A stretch of DNA of 26,372 bases. Source: an uncultured Thermus sp. GTDB lineage: Bacteria; Deinococcota; Deinococci; Deinococcales; Thermaceae. Positions within the stretch are counted from its first letter, which is position 1; the number at the start of each line of letters is the position of its first letter. Below, piece after piece: positions 10,123 to 18,526 of this stretch. Under the pieces are notes generated by a model that did not search any database, had not been told where the DNA came from, and was given only the letters and a program-made list of their open reading frames with translations. The position numbers were made by a program, and so were the translations under genes. Where the stretch lies: NCBI GenBank assembly GCA_947085095.1, contig CAMTVD010000019.1:1-26372 (forward strand), given 5' to 3'.

Positions 10123-10935
10123 CTAGTACCGGTAGTCCACAAGGCGCCAGGAGCACCCGTCGTGCTCAAAGGTGGCTTGGCCCGAGCCCGAGTACCTGAG
10201 CCTCTGGCCGTCCGATTTCCGGGTAGCGCCCACACTGTAGGTGCCCCTTATCACGCCCCTGTTTCCGCTAACCTGCACGTCCGAGATCGCGTATTCCACC
10301 AAGAAGTCCGTGTATAGACCGCTTAAGCTGGCTAGGACGCTGCTTTTTGTTGAGGCCACCAGAGATTGAAAGAGCGCAAGAAGGCTCTCCGGCGTAGGTT
10401 CCCTGGGGCCGGAGCACTCCGCTCCCCCGCTCCCGGAAAAGGGAGCCCCACCCTGCCCGCTTCCTAGCCTCAGGGAAGGCACGCTCCAGAGCACCCGGAG
10501 GCCCACGACCGCCCGCGGATTAGGTATCCAGTTTCCTAAAGGGAGGCGCACCAAGGCCACGCCCGCCGTAGCCTCTAGGGACACGCCGGGCCACGGCAGG
10601 AGGGGGGAAAGGGGAAGGATGGGTTGCGAGAAAAGGGCGTGGAGGCCAAGGCCCAAAGCCCCCCCCACCACATCCAGGCCCAAAGCAGCGGAAAAGGGGC
10701 TAGAAAAGAGCCTTATCCCTCCTTGCACCCCAAAGCGCCAGGATTCGCAAAAGCCCGCATTAAGGCCAACAAACCCCTCTCCTTGAGAAATGCGCAGGCT
10801 AATCTCTGGCAAGGAGCACCCAATACCCGCGCCAAGGCCTAAGCCCATGGTGGACCCTTCCGCTTTGGCCAAAGAAAGGAAGAGCAAGGCCCCAAGAAAG
10901 GCACCAGGCCGCAAGCTCTTGAACACGATCACCAC
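10123..10935 (-). CDS. Secreted hypothetical protein (beta-rich N-domain, Gly/Ser linker, NTF2-like C-domain)
   Basis: Signal peptide ending AKA, GSGQGGAPFSGSGG linker, packed between neighbouring genes, lower GC than flanks. Confidence 0.7.
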   Translation of the reverse strand: MVIVFKSLRPGAFLGALLFLSLAKAEGSTMGLGLGAGIGCSLPEISLRISQGEGFVGLNAGFCESWRFGVQGGIRLFSSPFSAALGLDVVGGALGLGLHALFSQPILPLSPLLPWPGVSLEATAGVALVRLPLGNWIPNPRAVVGLRVLWSVPSLRLGSGQGGAPFSGSGGAECSGPREPTPESLLALFQSLVASTKSSVLASLSGLYTDFLVEYAISDVQVSGNRGVIRGTYSVGATRKSDGQRLRYSGSGQATFEHDGCSWRLVDYRY

Positions 10936-11540
10936 CTACCCAAATAACCCAAAAGCCGGTGGCCCTGAGGAACCCGCGTTTCCGCCCTTAACCTTCCAAA
11001 TCCAAAGCGAAGGAGAAGCCTCGCCGAAGGGCCTGCGCCCTTGAGGGTCCTTTGGCCGTCCGCTAAAGCAAAGCTTCCAGCGGCCAAGGCCTCCCGCCTC
11101 CTCAGATCCACCACCAAGGTCTCCGCCGTTAAAGCCGGCTTCTCCGCCTTAACCCCCTTAGCGATAAGGACCCCCTCGCTCAAAAACCCATGTCCTATTT
11201 CCGCACGCAAGTTGGCAAAGTCTTGGTTAGAAAAGAGCAGGCCTGTGAAACGAGCTTCCTGCTTGGGAATGCTATACTCCAGGCTTTGGGCCCGGAAGAC
11301 TTCCTTCTCCGAGAGGAGCTCCAGGGCCCGCGCCCGGATAAAGGCCCCCTCCTTGTACTCTATGTAGGCCGCCTTGAGGCGGAGGCCGTTCTCGTTATCC
11401 ACCAGGACCCCCCCTTGGGGCAGGGTGGTGACCCCGGTGTCCAGGTTGAGCCTTTGGGGGCCAGCCGGCTCCACGCTGAAGGCGGCGAAGCGGGCCGCCA
11501 GGGCCAGGGAGAAGAAGAGGGCAAGGGGCCAAAGCCTCAT
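10929..11540 (-). CDS. Secreted beta-rich protein, possibly LptA/OstA-like beta-taco
   Basis: Signal peptide MRLWPLALFFSLALA, repeated LKAAYIEY/FRAQSLEY/LTAETLVVD strand motifs, TATAGT 7 nt upstream of ATG 11540. Confidence 0.7.
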   Translation of the reverse strand: MRLWPLALFFSLALAARFAAFSVEPAGPQRLNLDTGVTTLPQGGVLVDNENGLRLKAAYIEYKEGAFIRARALELLSEKEVFRAQSLEYSIPKQEARFTGLLFSNQDFANLRAEIGHGFLSEGVLIAKGVKAEKPALTAETLVVDLRRREALAAGSFALADGQRTLKGAGPSARLLLRFGFGRLRAETRVPQGHRLLGYLGRW

Positions 11541-11594
11541 GGGAAACACTATACCCTTCTTCCTGAGAAGGGCCTTATGGGTATATTGAGGCCC

Positions 11595-13013
11595 GTGCGC
11601 GCCCTAGCCTGGGGCCTGGCCCTAAGCCCCCTCCTCCCCCCCTTAAGCCTCCTCAGCCCCCTCTTCCTCCCCTACCTCCGGAGGCTTCCCAAGGCCGCCT
11701 TGGTCCTGCTCTTGCTCTATGGGCTAAGCCTCCTCCTCCCCGCCCTGCCCCTGGGCAAAGAGGCCCTTCTCCTGGCCGCTTTGCGCCTCCTTTATGTCCT
11801 GGGCCTGGTGGGGGCAGGGGTAGCCCTGGCTCCCGTGGGCCTAAGGCCCTTAGGCTACGGCCTCTTCCTCCTCTACCTGAGCGCCCTTCTGGCCTCCTAC
11901 CTGGCCTACGGGGACCGGGCGGCCTCAGAGAGGCTCCTCCATCCCTTCCACTCCCCCGTGGGCCTGGGGTTCATGGGGACTTTGGGCGTTCTCCTCGCCC
12001 TCCACCTCCGCTACCCCTGGCCCTTTAGGGTCCTCCTGGGGCTCCTGGGCGGAACGGTCCTCCTCCTCTCCGCCAGCCGAGGGGGGCTTCTGGCCCTGGC
12101 CCTGGCCGGGGCGGGGAGCGTCCTCTTCCAAAGGCGGGGGTGGCTGGCTCTGGGAGCGGCGGGGCTTGTCCTCCTCTTGGCGGGGAGCCTCGAGGTGCCC
12201 ATCGCCCAGCGCTTCTTCCAGGCCCACCTCTCCGGGCGGGAGGGGCTTTGGCTCCAGGCCTACGAGGTCTACCAAGCCCACCCCTTTACCGGGGCGGGGC
12301 CCTACCTCCTGGGGGACCAGCTCAAGGGGATCCTCTTCGGGGAGTGCTTCCTCTTCCCCTTCTGGGAGATGCGGGGGATGGCGTGCCCCGAGGCCCTGAA
12401 GCCCTTGGGGGGGCTATGGGTCTTCGCCCACAACCACCTACTCCAGGCCCTGGGGGAAAGCGGCCTCTTGGGAGCCCTGGGCCTTCTTCTCCTTTTGGGC
12501 GGGTTTCTGGCGGGGGCCTGGGGCGAGGGGCTCCTCTTTTCCCTTCTCCTGGCCTACCTGGCCATGGGCATGGTGGACAACCCCTTCAGCGTGCCAAGCC
12601 CCTTCCGGGGGGAGGTCTTCTTCCTCGTGGGGGGCGTGGCCCTTTCCCGGGGCTTCCGCCCGCCCCTGGCCCTGGGCCTGGCCGGGGCCTCCGCCCTCCT
12701 CCTCAGCCTCCCCTTCCTCTACCTGGCCACCCGGCCCGCCCCCCCACCTCCCGCCCTCCTCTACGCCGCCATCCCCCCGGGCCAGGGGGTGGGGGTGGTG
12801 CGGCTTTCCGGCCAGGGGTACCGGGCCCAGGTCTGGCTCTGCCAGGAGGGGTGCCGGAGGCTGGGCTGGGAGTGGGATGCGGGCAAGCCCATCCTCTTTG
12901 CCTTCCCCGAGAGCCTGCCCCCGGGGAAGTACCAGCTCAGGGTCGTCCTCTTCAGCCAGCACCGTCTGGCCCAAAAGCCCCGGTACGTTCTCCCTTTTGA
13001 GGTGGAGCGATGA
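11595..13013 (+). CDS. O-antigen ligase family membrane protein with C-terminal soluble domain
   Basis: SASRGG, LSGREGLW, HPFTGAG, FAHNHLLQ motifs. GTG 11595 lies 7 nt after TATATT (alternative ATG 11577). Confidence 0.85.
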   Translation: MRALAWGLALSPLLPPLSLLSPLFLPYLRRLPKAALVLLLLYGLSLLLPALPLGKEALLLAALRLLYVLGLVGAGVALAPVGLRPLGYGLFLLYLSALLASYLAYGDRAASERLLHPFHSPVGLGFMGTLGVLLALHLRYPWPFRVLLGLLGGTVLLLSASRGGLLALALAGAGSVLFQRRGWLALGAAGLVLLLAGSLEVPIAQRFFQAHLSGREGLWLQAYEVYQAHPFTGAGPYLLGDQLKGILFGECFLFPFWEMRGMACPEALKPLGGLWVFAHNHLLQALGESGLLGALGLLLLLGGFLAGAWGEGLLFSLLLAYLAMGMVDNPFSVPSPFRGEVFFLVGGVALSRGFRPPLALGLAGASALLLSLPFLYLATRPAPPPPALLYAAIPPGQGVGVVRLSGQGYRAQVWLCQEGCRRLGWEWDAGKPILFAFPESLPPGKYQLRVVLFSQHRLAQKPRYVLPFEVER

Positions 13014-13417
13014 GGTGGGTTCTGGGTTCCCTTGCCCTTATCCTCGGCTTCGGAGGCAGTCTTTTCGTCCTGGAAAGCGCTTTGGGCACCCAAAGGGACC
13101 TCCCCCTGGCCTGCGCCCCCGGCCCCCTGCCCCAGGAGGGAGCCCTTTACAGCAATGGAACTCTGGAGATCCCCCTCTGCCGGGGGGTCCGGCTGGGGAT
13201 GGTTCTGGAGGGGACCATGGCCCAAGGGAAGGGACCCTGGGCCATGGTGGTGGAGGGAAGAAACGTTCTCTGGCAGGGGGAGGTGCGGGGGCGGGTGGAG
13301 GTGGCGGTAGAGACCACGGGGGAGGGAACCCTGGCCATAGTCTTCACCAACGACCTCTACCAGCCTCCTGAAGACCGGAACCTCTTCCTGCGAGGCCTGA
13401 GGGTGGAGCCCCGTTAG
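13010..13417 (+). CDS. Membrane-anchored/secreted protein with CBM60-like carbohydrate-binding motif
   Basis: N-terminal hydrophobic segment, C-terminal IVFTNDLY...EDRNLFL motif, ATGA overlap with upstream gene. Confidence 0.65.
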   Translation: MRWVLGSLALILGFGGSLFVLESALGTQRDLPLACAPGPLPQEGALYSNGTLEIPLCRGVRLGMVLEGTMAQGKGPWAMVVEGRNVLWQGEVRGRVEVAVETTGEGTLAIVFTNDLYQPPEDRNLFLRGLRVEPR

Positions 13418-14199
13418 CGGAAAAGGGCCAGAAGGGCGAGGACCACCCCGATGGCGGTGAAGAGGAGCATGGCCTTGTTGAAGGCGGTGTTGATCTCCGC
13501 CTTGATCTCTTGCCTCAGGCCGGCGAGACCCTTCTCAAGGGTGGCCAGCCTGGCCTCAATGTGCGCACCTTGGGCGCGAATCTGTTCCCCTAACCTCCCT
13601 TCCACCCCTTGAATCTGTCCCTCTAGCCGCCCCTCCACACCCTGGATGCGGGCTCCCAGGCGCTCCTCCACCTCGCGCACATGCTCCAAAAGCTCCGCCT
13701 TGGCCCCCTGGATGCGGACCTCCAAACGATCCTCTACGCCGCGGATGTGCTCCAAAAGCTCCGCCTTCACCCCCTGAACCTGCCCCTCCAGCCTGCCCTC
13801 CACACCCTGGATGCGAGCCCCAAGCCGCTCCTCCACCCCGCGGACCTGGTCCAGAAGCTCCGCCTTGACCCCCTGAACCTGCCCCTCCAGGCGGGTCTCC
13901 ACACCCCCTATGCGGGCCTCCAGGCGCTCCTCCGTACCCCGGATTTGGGCTTCCAGCCTGGCCTGGAGGTTCTGCAAGCCGGCTTCAAGCCTCTCCTCCA
14001 GGCCCTGGAGGTGGAGCTCCACCCCCTGTACGCGGGCCGTGAGGCGGGCCTCGGTTTCCCGAAGGTCCCCCTTGAACTCCTCCCGAAGCTCGTCTATGCG
14101 CCGGGAGAGGTCGTTGACCAGGGGCGGGAGGACCTGTACCGTGGCCTCCACGATCCCCTCCAGCTTCTCCAGGCGCTCCAGGAGGCGGTCTTCCGGTAT
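13414..14199 (-). CDS. Coiled-coil protein with 11-aa repeats and C-terminal TM anchor (DUF1640/Bdr-like)
   Basis: Hendecad repeats such as LGARIQGVEGR/LEGQVQGVKAE and a C-terminal hydrophobic tail. The frame is open to ATA 14199, 6 nt after TAGAAT; the first canonical start is GTG 14151. Confidence 0.8.
   Translation of the reverse strand: MPEDRLLERLEKLEGIVEATVQVLPPLVNDLSRRIDELREEFKGDLRETEARLTARVQGVELHLQGLEERLEAGLQNLQARLEAQIRGTEERLEARIGGVETRLEGQVQGVKAELLDQVRGVEERLGARIQGVEGRLEGQVQGVKAELLEHIRGVEDRLEVRIQGAKAELLEHVREVEERLGARIQGVEGRLEGQIQGVEGRLGEQIRAQGAHIEARLATLEKGLAGLRQEIKAEINTAFNKAMLLFTAIGVVLALLALFR
13560..14050 (-). repeat. Degenerate 33-bp tandem repeats in the coiled-coil gene
   Basis: About 13 units of 11 aa, with recurring DNA such as CCCTCCACACCCTGGATGCG and CTCCAAAAGCTCCGCCTT. 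Confidence 0.8.
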
Positions 14200-14208
14200 G
14201 GTCCCATT

Positions 14209-14580
14209 CTACCGGAGGCGCAGGGCGAAGGCCAGAGAAAACCCCGTGGCTTCGGCGTGTTGGCCCTTGAGGACGTTCTGGGCCTTGAGCTCGTAGGCGA
14301 AGCAGCCGTCGTAGTAGCGTACGGTGAGGCCATAGCGGCTAAGCTCCCCGGGGCCAAACCCCACCTGAGGAGCCAGCCAGACGGCCTGGCAGCAGGCCCG
14401 GTCGGGCTCGGGCATGGCGTAGGCGAGGAGCCACTCGGGGTAGCTTCCCTTCCGCCAGCCCAGCTGGAAGCGACCCAGGTCCCGGTCCTGGAATCTGACC
14501 TCCGTCCCCACCATCCGGCTTCCCAGGGGGTTTTCCAGGTAGTAGCGCCCTTCCACCGGTCCATAGCCCAGGAGGAGTAA
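14209..14580 (-). pseudogene. Probable 5'-truncated fragment of an outer-membrane beta-barrel protein (LptD-like C-terminus)
   Basis: Amphipathic strands, RYYDGCFAYEL, terminal FSLAFALRLR. No signal peptide or RBS, abuts a divergent gene, Thermus-like codon usage. Confidence 0.5.
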
Positions 14581-14589
14581 ACTTTGGCC

Positions 14590-15069
14590 ATGCGGACCCT
14601 GGTCTTTTTCCTCTTTATCCTGGCCTCGGTCCTGGCTCAGGACTGGCGGCTCACCAAGACCACCTCCGAGGGCCTGGGGGAAAAGGGGGCGTGGCGCTAC
14701 ACCCTAAGCCCCGCCACCAAGGAGGCCCGGGAGCTCTGGCAGGCCCTCCTCCTCCAGTACCGGGGCCACCTCCAGGCGGGGTACCGCGTGGACCTGGGGG
14801 CCTACAGCCTCTACTTCCGGGGAGGGGCCCTCTGGCTCTCCCCGGCCTGCCCCACGGCCCACCCCGCCTGCCTCACCCCGGGGGCCCTGCCCATACCCAA
14901 AGAGCGGCAGAACCGCTTCCTCCTGGAGCTGGCAAAGCTCTTGGAGAAGGCTCTGGCCGAGGCCAAGGGCACGGGGGGCCGCCTCACCCTCACGGGCCTC
15001 TTCTGGGCTGAGCTGAGGCGGGGCCAGGTCCCACCCTTTAGGGCCCACCCCTCGGGCTGGAAGCCGTAG
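14590..15069 (+). CDS. Secreted hypothetical protein
   Basis: Signal peptide MRTLVFFLFILASVLA, CPTAHPAC Cys pair, TAAACT 6 nt upstream of ATG. Confidence 0.8.
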   Translation: MRTLVFFLFILASVLAQDWRLTKTTSEGLGEKGAWRYTLSPATKEARELWQALLLQYRGHLQAGYRVDLGAYSLYFRGGALWLSPACPTAHPACLTPGALPIPKERQNRFLLELAKLLEKALAEAKGTGGRLTLTGLFWAELRRGQVPPFRAHPSGWKP

Positions 15070-15079
15070 ACTTAGGGCA

Positions 15080-15790
15080 ATGCGGGTAGCCCTCTTCATC
15101 ACCTGCCTGGCGGACCAGTTCTACGCAGAGGCCGGGGTGGCGGCGGTGCGCCTCCTCAGGGCCTTGGGGGTGGAGGTGGGCTTCCCCGAGGGGCAGACCT
15201 GTTGCGGCCAGCCCGCCTTCAACGCCGGATACTGGGAGGAAGCGAGGCCCCTGGCTAGGCGCACATTGCGGGTCTTCCAGGAGGCGGAGTACGTGGTCGT
15301 TCCCTCGGGAAGTTGCGCCAGCATGCTGAAGAACCACTACCCCGAGCTCCTGCCCGGAAGCCAGGAAGCCCTGGCTTTTTCAGAAAGGGTCTATGAGCTT
15401 TCCCAGTTCCTGGTGCGGGTCCTGGGGGTGGAGAAGCTGGGGGAAGGCCTGAAGGGGAAAAAGATAGCCTACCACCACGGCTGCCACGCCCTGAGGGAGC
15501 TTGGGGTGCGGGAAGAGCCCCTCATGCTCCTCAAAAACGCTGGGGCCGAGCTTTCACCTTGGGAGGCGGCGGAGGAGTGTTGCGGCTTCGGCGGCCTCTT
15601 CAGCGTCAAGCTCCCTGAGGTCTCCCTGGGCATGGCGGACCGGAAGCTTTCCACCCTTCCCGAGGCCCAGGTCCTCACCTCCACCGACGCGGGCTGCCTC
15701 CTCCACCTCGCGGGAAGGATGGCAAGGAAGGGGATGGACCTGAGGGTGGCCCCCCTGGCCACCCTCCTCTGGGAGGCGTATGCGGGCTAA
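15080..15790 (+). CDS. lutA: Lactate utilization protein A (CCG domain Fe-S protein)
   Basis: LFITCLAD, QTCCGQPAFNAG, SGSC, YHHGCH, ECCGFGGLFSVK, DAGCLLHL. Confidence 0.92.
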   Translation: MRVALFITCLADQFYAEAGVAAVRLLRALGVEVGFPEGQTCCGQPAFNAGYWEEARPLARRTLRVFQEAEYVVVPSGSCASMLKNHYPELLPGSQEALAFSERVYELSQFLVRVLGVEKLGEGLKGKKIAYHHGCHALRELGVREEPLMLLKNAGAELSPWEAAEECCGFGGLFSVKLPEVSLGMADRKLSTLPEAQVLTSTDAGCLLHLAGRMARKGMDLRVAPLATLLWEAYAG

Positions 15791-17174
15791 GGCCAGGCTC
15801 TACCCCAAGGAGGCGGCGAGGCTCTTGCAGGAAAGGCCGGGGGTGCGGGAGGCGGTCACCGGAGCCACCTTGCACTTTGAGAGGAACCGTAAGCGGGCCT
15901 ACGCCGAGGTGCCCGTGGAGGAGTGGCGGGAACGGGCCAAGGCGGTGAAGGACCACGTGCTCTCCCACCTGGACCACTACCTGGAGCTGGCGGAAAAGCG
16001 CCTTTTGGAAAACGGTGTCCAGGTCCACTGGGCGGAAACCCCCGAGGAAGCCCACCGGGTCCTTCTGGAGATCGCAAGGAGGCGCGGGGTCAGGCGGGCG
16101 GTGAAGGCCAAGAGCATGCTCACCGAGGAGCTCGGGATCAACCCCCTCCTGGAGTCTCTGGGGGTGGAGGTGTGGGAAACCGACCTGGGGGAGTACCTGA
16201 TCCAGCTCCTAGGAGAGCCCCCAAGCCACATCGTGGGCCCCGCCATCCACCTCTCCCTGGAGGAGATCCAGAGGCTTTTCCATGAACGCTTCGGCACCCC
16301 CCTCGAGGCCAGCCCCGAGGCGCTGGCAGGGGTGGCCAGGAGGGTCCTGCGGGAGGCCTTCCTCACCGCCGACTTGGGCATCAGTGGGGCCAACTTCCTG
16401 GTGGCGGAGACGGGCACCCTGGCCCTCATGGAAAACGAGGGGAACATAAGGCTTTCCACCAGCCTTCCCAAGGTCCACGTGGCCTTCGTGGGGATAGAGA
16501 AGCTCCTCCCCCGCTTCTCTGACCTCGCCCTCTTCCTCCCCCTCACCGCCCGGGCGGCCACGGGACAGAGGCTTTCCACCTACGTCTCCCTGATCCAGGG
16601 CCCGGCCCGAAAAGGGGAGGAGGGACCCGAGGAGGTGCACGTGGTCCTGGTGGACCATGGGCGCACCGCCCTCCTGGCCGATCCCGAGGCCTGGGAGGTC
16701 CTGAGGTGCCTCCGGTGCGGGGCCTGCCTCAACGCCTGTCCCGTCTACCGCCAGACGGGGGGGCACCCCTACGGCTACGTCTACTCGGGGCCCATCGGGG
16801 CGGTTTTGGACCCGGGCCTCCTCTCCCTGGAGGAGGCCTACCCCCTCCCCTACGCCTCCACCCTCTGCGGGGCCTGCCTCGAGGCCTGCCCGGTGAAGAT
16901 CCCCATCCCCAGCCTCCTCCTCACCTGGCGCCACCGGGCGGTGGCCCAAGGCCTCAGCCCCACCTGGGAGAAGGCCGCCCTCAAGGCCTACCGGAAGGTC
17001 ATGGAAAGCCCCACCCTCTACCGCCTCTTCTCCAAGGCCCTAAGGGGCCTCCCCCTTCCCCAGGACCTCCTCCCCCTCCTCCGGGCCTGGACCGAGGGCA
17101 GAGGCCCCTTGAGGCCCAGCCCCAGGCCCTTCCACGAGCTTTGGTGGGAACTGGAGGAGAAAGATGGACGCTAG
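15780..17174 (+). CDS. lutB: Lactate utilization protein B (LUD + 4Fe-4S)
   Basis: KSMLTEE, ETDLGEY, PSHIVGPAIH, NEGN, CLRCGACLNACPVY, STLCGACLEACPVKIP. Confidence 0.95.
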   Translation: MRAKARLYPKEAARLLQERPGVREAVTGATLHFERNRKRAYAEVPVEEWRERAKAVKDHVLSHLDHYLELAEKRLLENGVQVHWAETPEEAHRVLLEIARRRGVRRAVKAKSMLTEELGINPLLESLGVEVWETDLGEYLIQLLGEPPSHIVGPAIHLSLEEIQRLFHERFGTPLEASPEALAGVARRVLREAFLTADLGISGANFLVAETGTLALMENEGNIRLSTSLPKVHVAFVGIEKLLPRFSDLALFLPLTARAATGQRLSTYVSLIQGPARKGEEGPEEVHVVLVDHGRTALLADPEAWEVLRCLRCGACLNACPVYRQTGGHPYGYVYSGPIGAVLDPGLLSLEEAYPLPYASTLCGACLEACPVKIPIPSLLLTWRHRAVAQGLSPTWEKAALKAYRKVMESPTLYRLFSKALRGLPLPQDLLPLLRAWTEGRGPLRPSPRPFHELWWELEEKDGR

Positions 17175-17727
17175 AAGCCGCATCCTCTCCCGGGTGAAGC
17201 GGGCCTTGAAGGGGAGGCCCAAGGCGGAGCTCCCGGGCCCCCTTCATCCCGCTCCCCTTCCCGACCCCCTGGAGCTCTTCCTCAGGCGGCTTGGGGAGAA
17301 TGGCGGGGAAGGCCACCTCCTCCTGCGGGAGGAGGTGAGAGGCTTTCTGGAAGCCCTGGCCCAAAGCTTTTCCGGGGCCGCCTTCGGCAGGACCTTACCC
17401 ATGGACCTCAGGCCCCCCCTCCCCGAGCTTCCCCCGGAGGAGGCTCCCCTAGGGGTGTCCTACGCCCTCTTCGCCGTGGCGGAGACGGGGAGCGTGGCCC
17501 TGGCCTCCGAGGAGGGGCGGAAGGTCCACCTCCTTCCCCCCACCCACCTGGTCTTGGTGGAGGCGGAAAGGGTCTACGGCACCTTGGCGGAAGCCCTGGC
17601 CTCCCTGGAGGACCTCCCCACCGCCCTCGGCCTCCACTCCGGCCCCTCCAAGAGCGCGGACATCGGCCAGGTGATGGTGACGGGGGTCCACGGACCGGGG
17701 AGGCTTTTGGTGGCCGTCCTCACCTAA
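17164..17727 (+). CDS. lutC: Lactate utilization protein C (LUD domain)
   Basis: AVAETGS, LLPPTH, SGPSKSADI, GVHGPG. Confidence 0.9.
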   Translation: MDARSRILSRVKRALKGRPKAELPGPLHPAPLPDPLELFLRRLGENGGEGHLLLREEVRGFLEALAQSFSGAAFGRTLPMDLRPPLPELPPEEAPLGVSYALFAVAETGSVALASEEGRKVHLLPPTHLVLVEAERVYGTLAEALASLEDLPTALGLHSGPSKSADIGQVMVTGVHGPGRLLVAVLT

Positions 17728-18526
17728 GCTCGTACACCTCGGGCGGGTCAAGCCGCCTCAGGTTCAGGCGAAGGCCGTTCCCATCCCGCACGAAGATGGG
17801 CCACCAGACGAAGTTGGCCCGCCCGGCGATGGCCTCCACGGGCACGGGGCCGAAGGTGCGGGAGTCCTCGGAGCCCCCTAGGGTGCGGTTATCCCCCATG
17901 ACGAAGTAGTAGCCCTTCTTCAGACGGATCCGCCCCACCTCACAAGCCTCCTCCAGCCGGCTCCGGGCCAGGACCCCTTCCGAAGGGGGGAGGAGCATCT
18001 CCTTGAGGGGCCTCAGGTAGGTGGGGAGGAGGTCCACGGGGAAATCCCCCTGCTGGGTGATGATCCGGGTCATGCGCCCATCCCGGTAGCAGACCCCGGG
18101 GAAGGAGTCGGGCCAGGGGGTGAGGTGGTCGGTGATGTGGGCTTCCATGAGGGGCACCCCGTTCACGTGGACCACCCCCCGCTCCACGTAGACCTCGTCC
18201 CCAGGAACGGCCACGATGCGCTTGATGAAAAAGGCGCGGAAGGAGAAGCCCAGCACGGGAAAGCGGGCGGTGGCGTAAGGGGTGCCCTCAGGGGGCTTGA
18301 GGATGGCGATCTCCCCCCGCCGCCACTCCTTAAAGCCGAAGCGCACCAGCCAGGTCTCCCACTTGGGCACCAGAACCCGCTCCCCGTTTTTCAGGATGGG
18401 GAACATGCTCTGCCCCACCACGCCCACGGTGGTGAAGACGAAGGTGGTGACCAGAAAGGCCACCAGCAGGGCCTCCCCCACCTGGCGAAACCACTCTTTG
18501 AACAGATAGTCCCAGAACGCCTTCAT
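17720..18526 (-). CDS. lepB: Signal peptidase I
   Basis: GQSMFP (catalytic Ser), FIKRIVAVPGD (catalytic Lys), MGDNR, SEDSRTFG. Confidence 0.95.
   Translation of the reverse strand: MKAFWDYLFKEWFRQVGEALLVAFLVTTFVFTTVGVVGQSMFPILKNGERVLVPKWETWLVRFGFKEWRRGEIAILKPPEGTPYATARFPVLGFSFRAFFIKRIVAVPGDEVYVERGVVHVNGVPLMEAHITDHLTPWPDSFPGVCYRDGRMTRIITQQGDFPVDLLPTYLRPLKEMLLPPSEGVLARSRLEEACEVGRIRLKKGYYFVMGDNRTLGGSEDSRTFGPVPVEAIAGRANFVWWPIFVRDGNGLRLNLRRLDPPEVYELR

Noticed and set aside
11190..11594. N-terminal extension of the 607-aa ORF
   Set aside because: It is antisense to the 10929-11540 gene, and a -10 box supports a start at 11595.
13560..14050. Periodic ~33-bp repeats as a possible CRISPR array
   Set aside because: The units are degenerate, contiguous and in frame, with no unique spacers and no cas genes.
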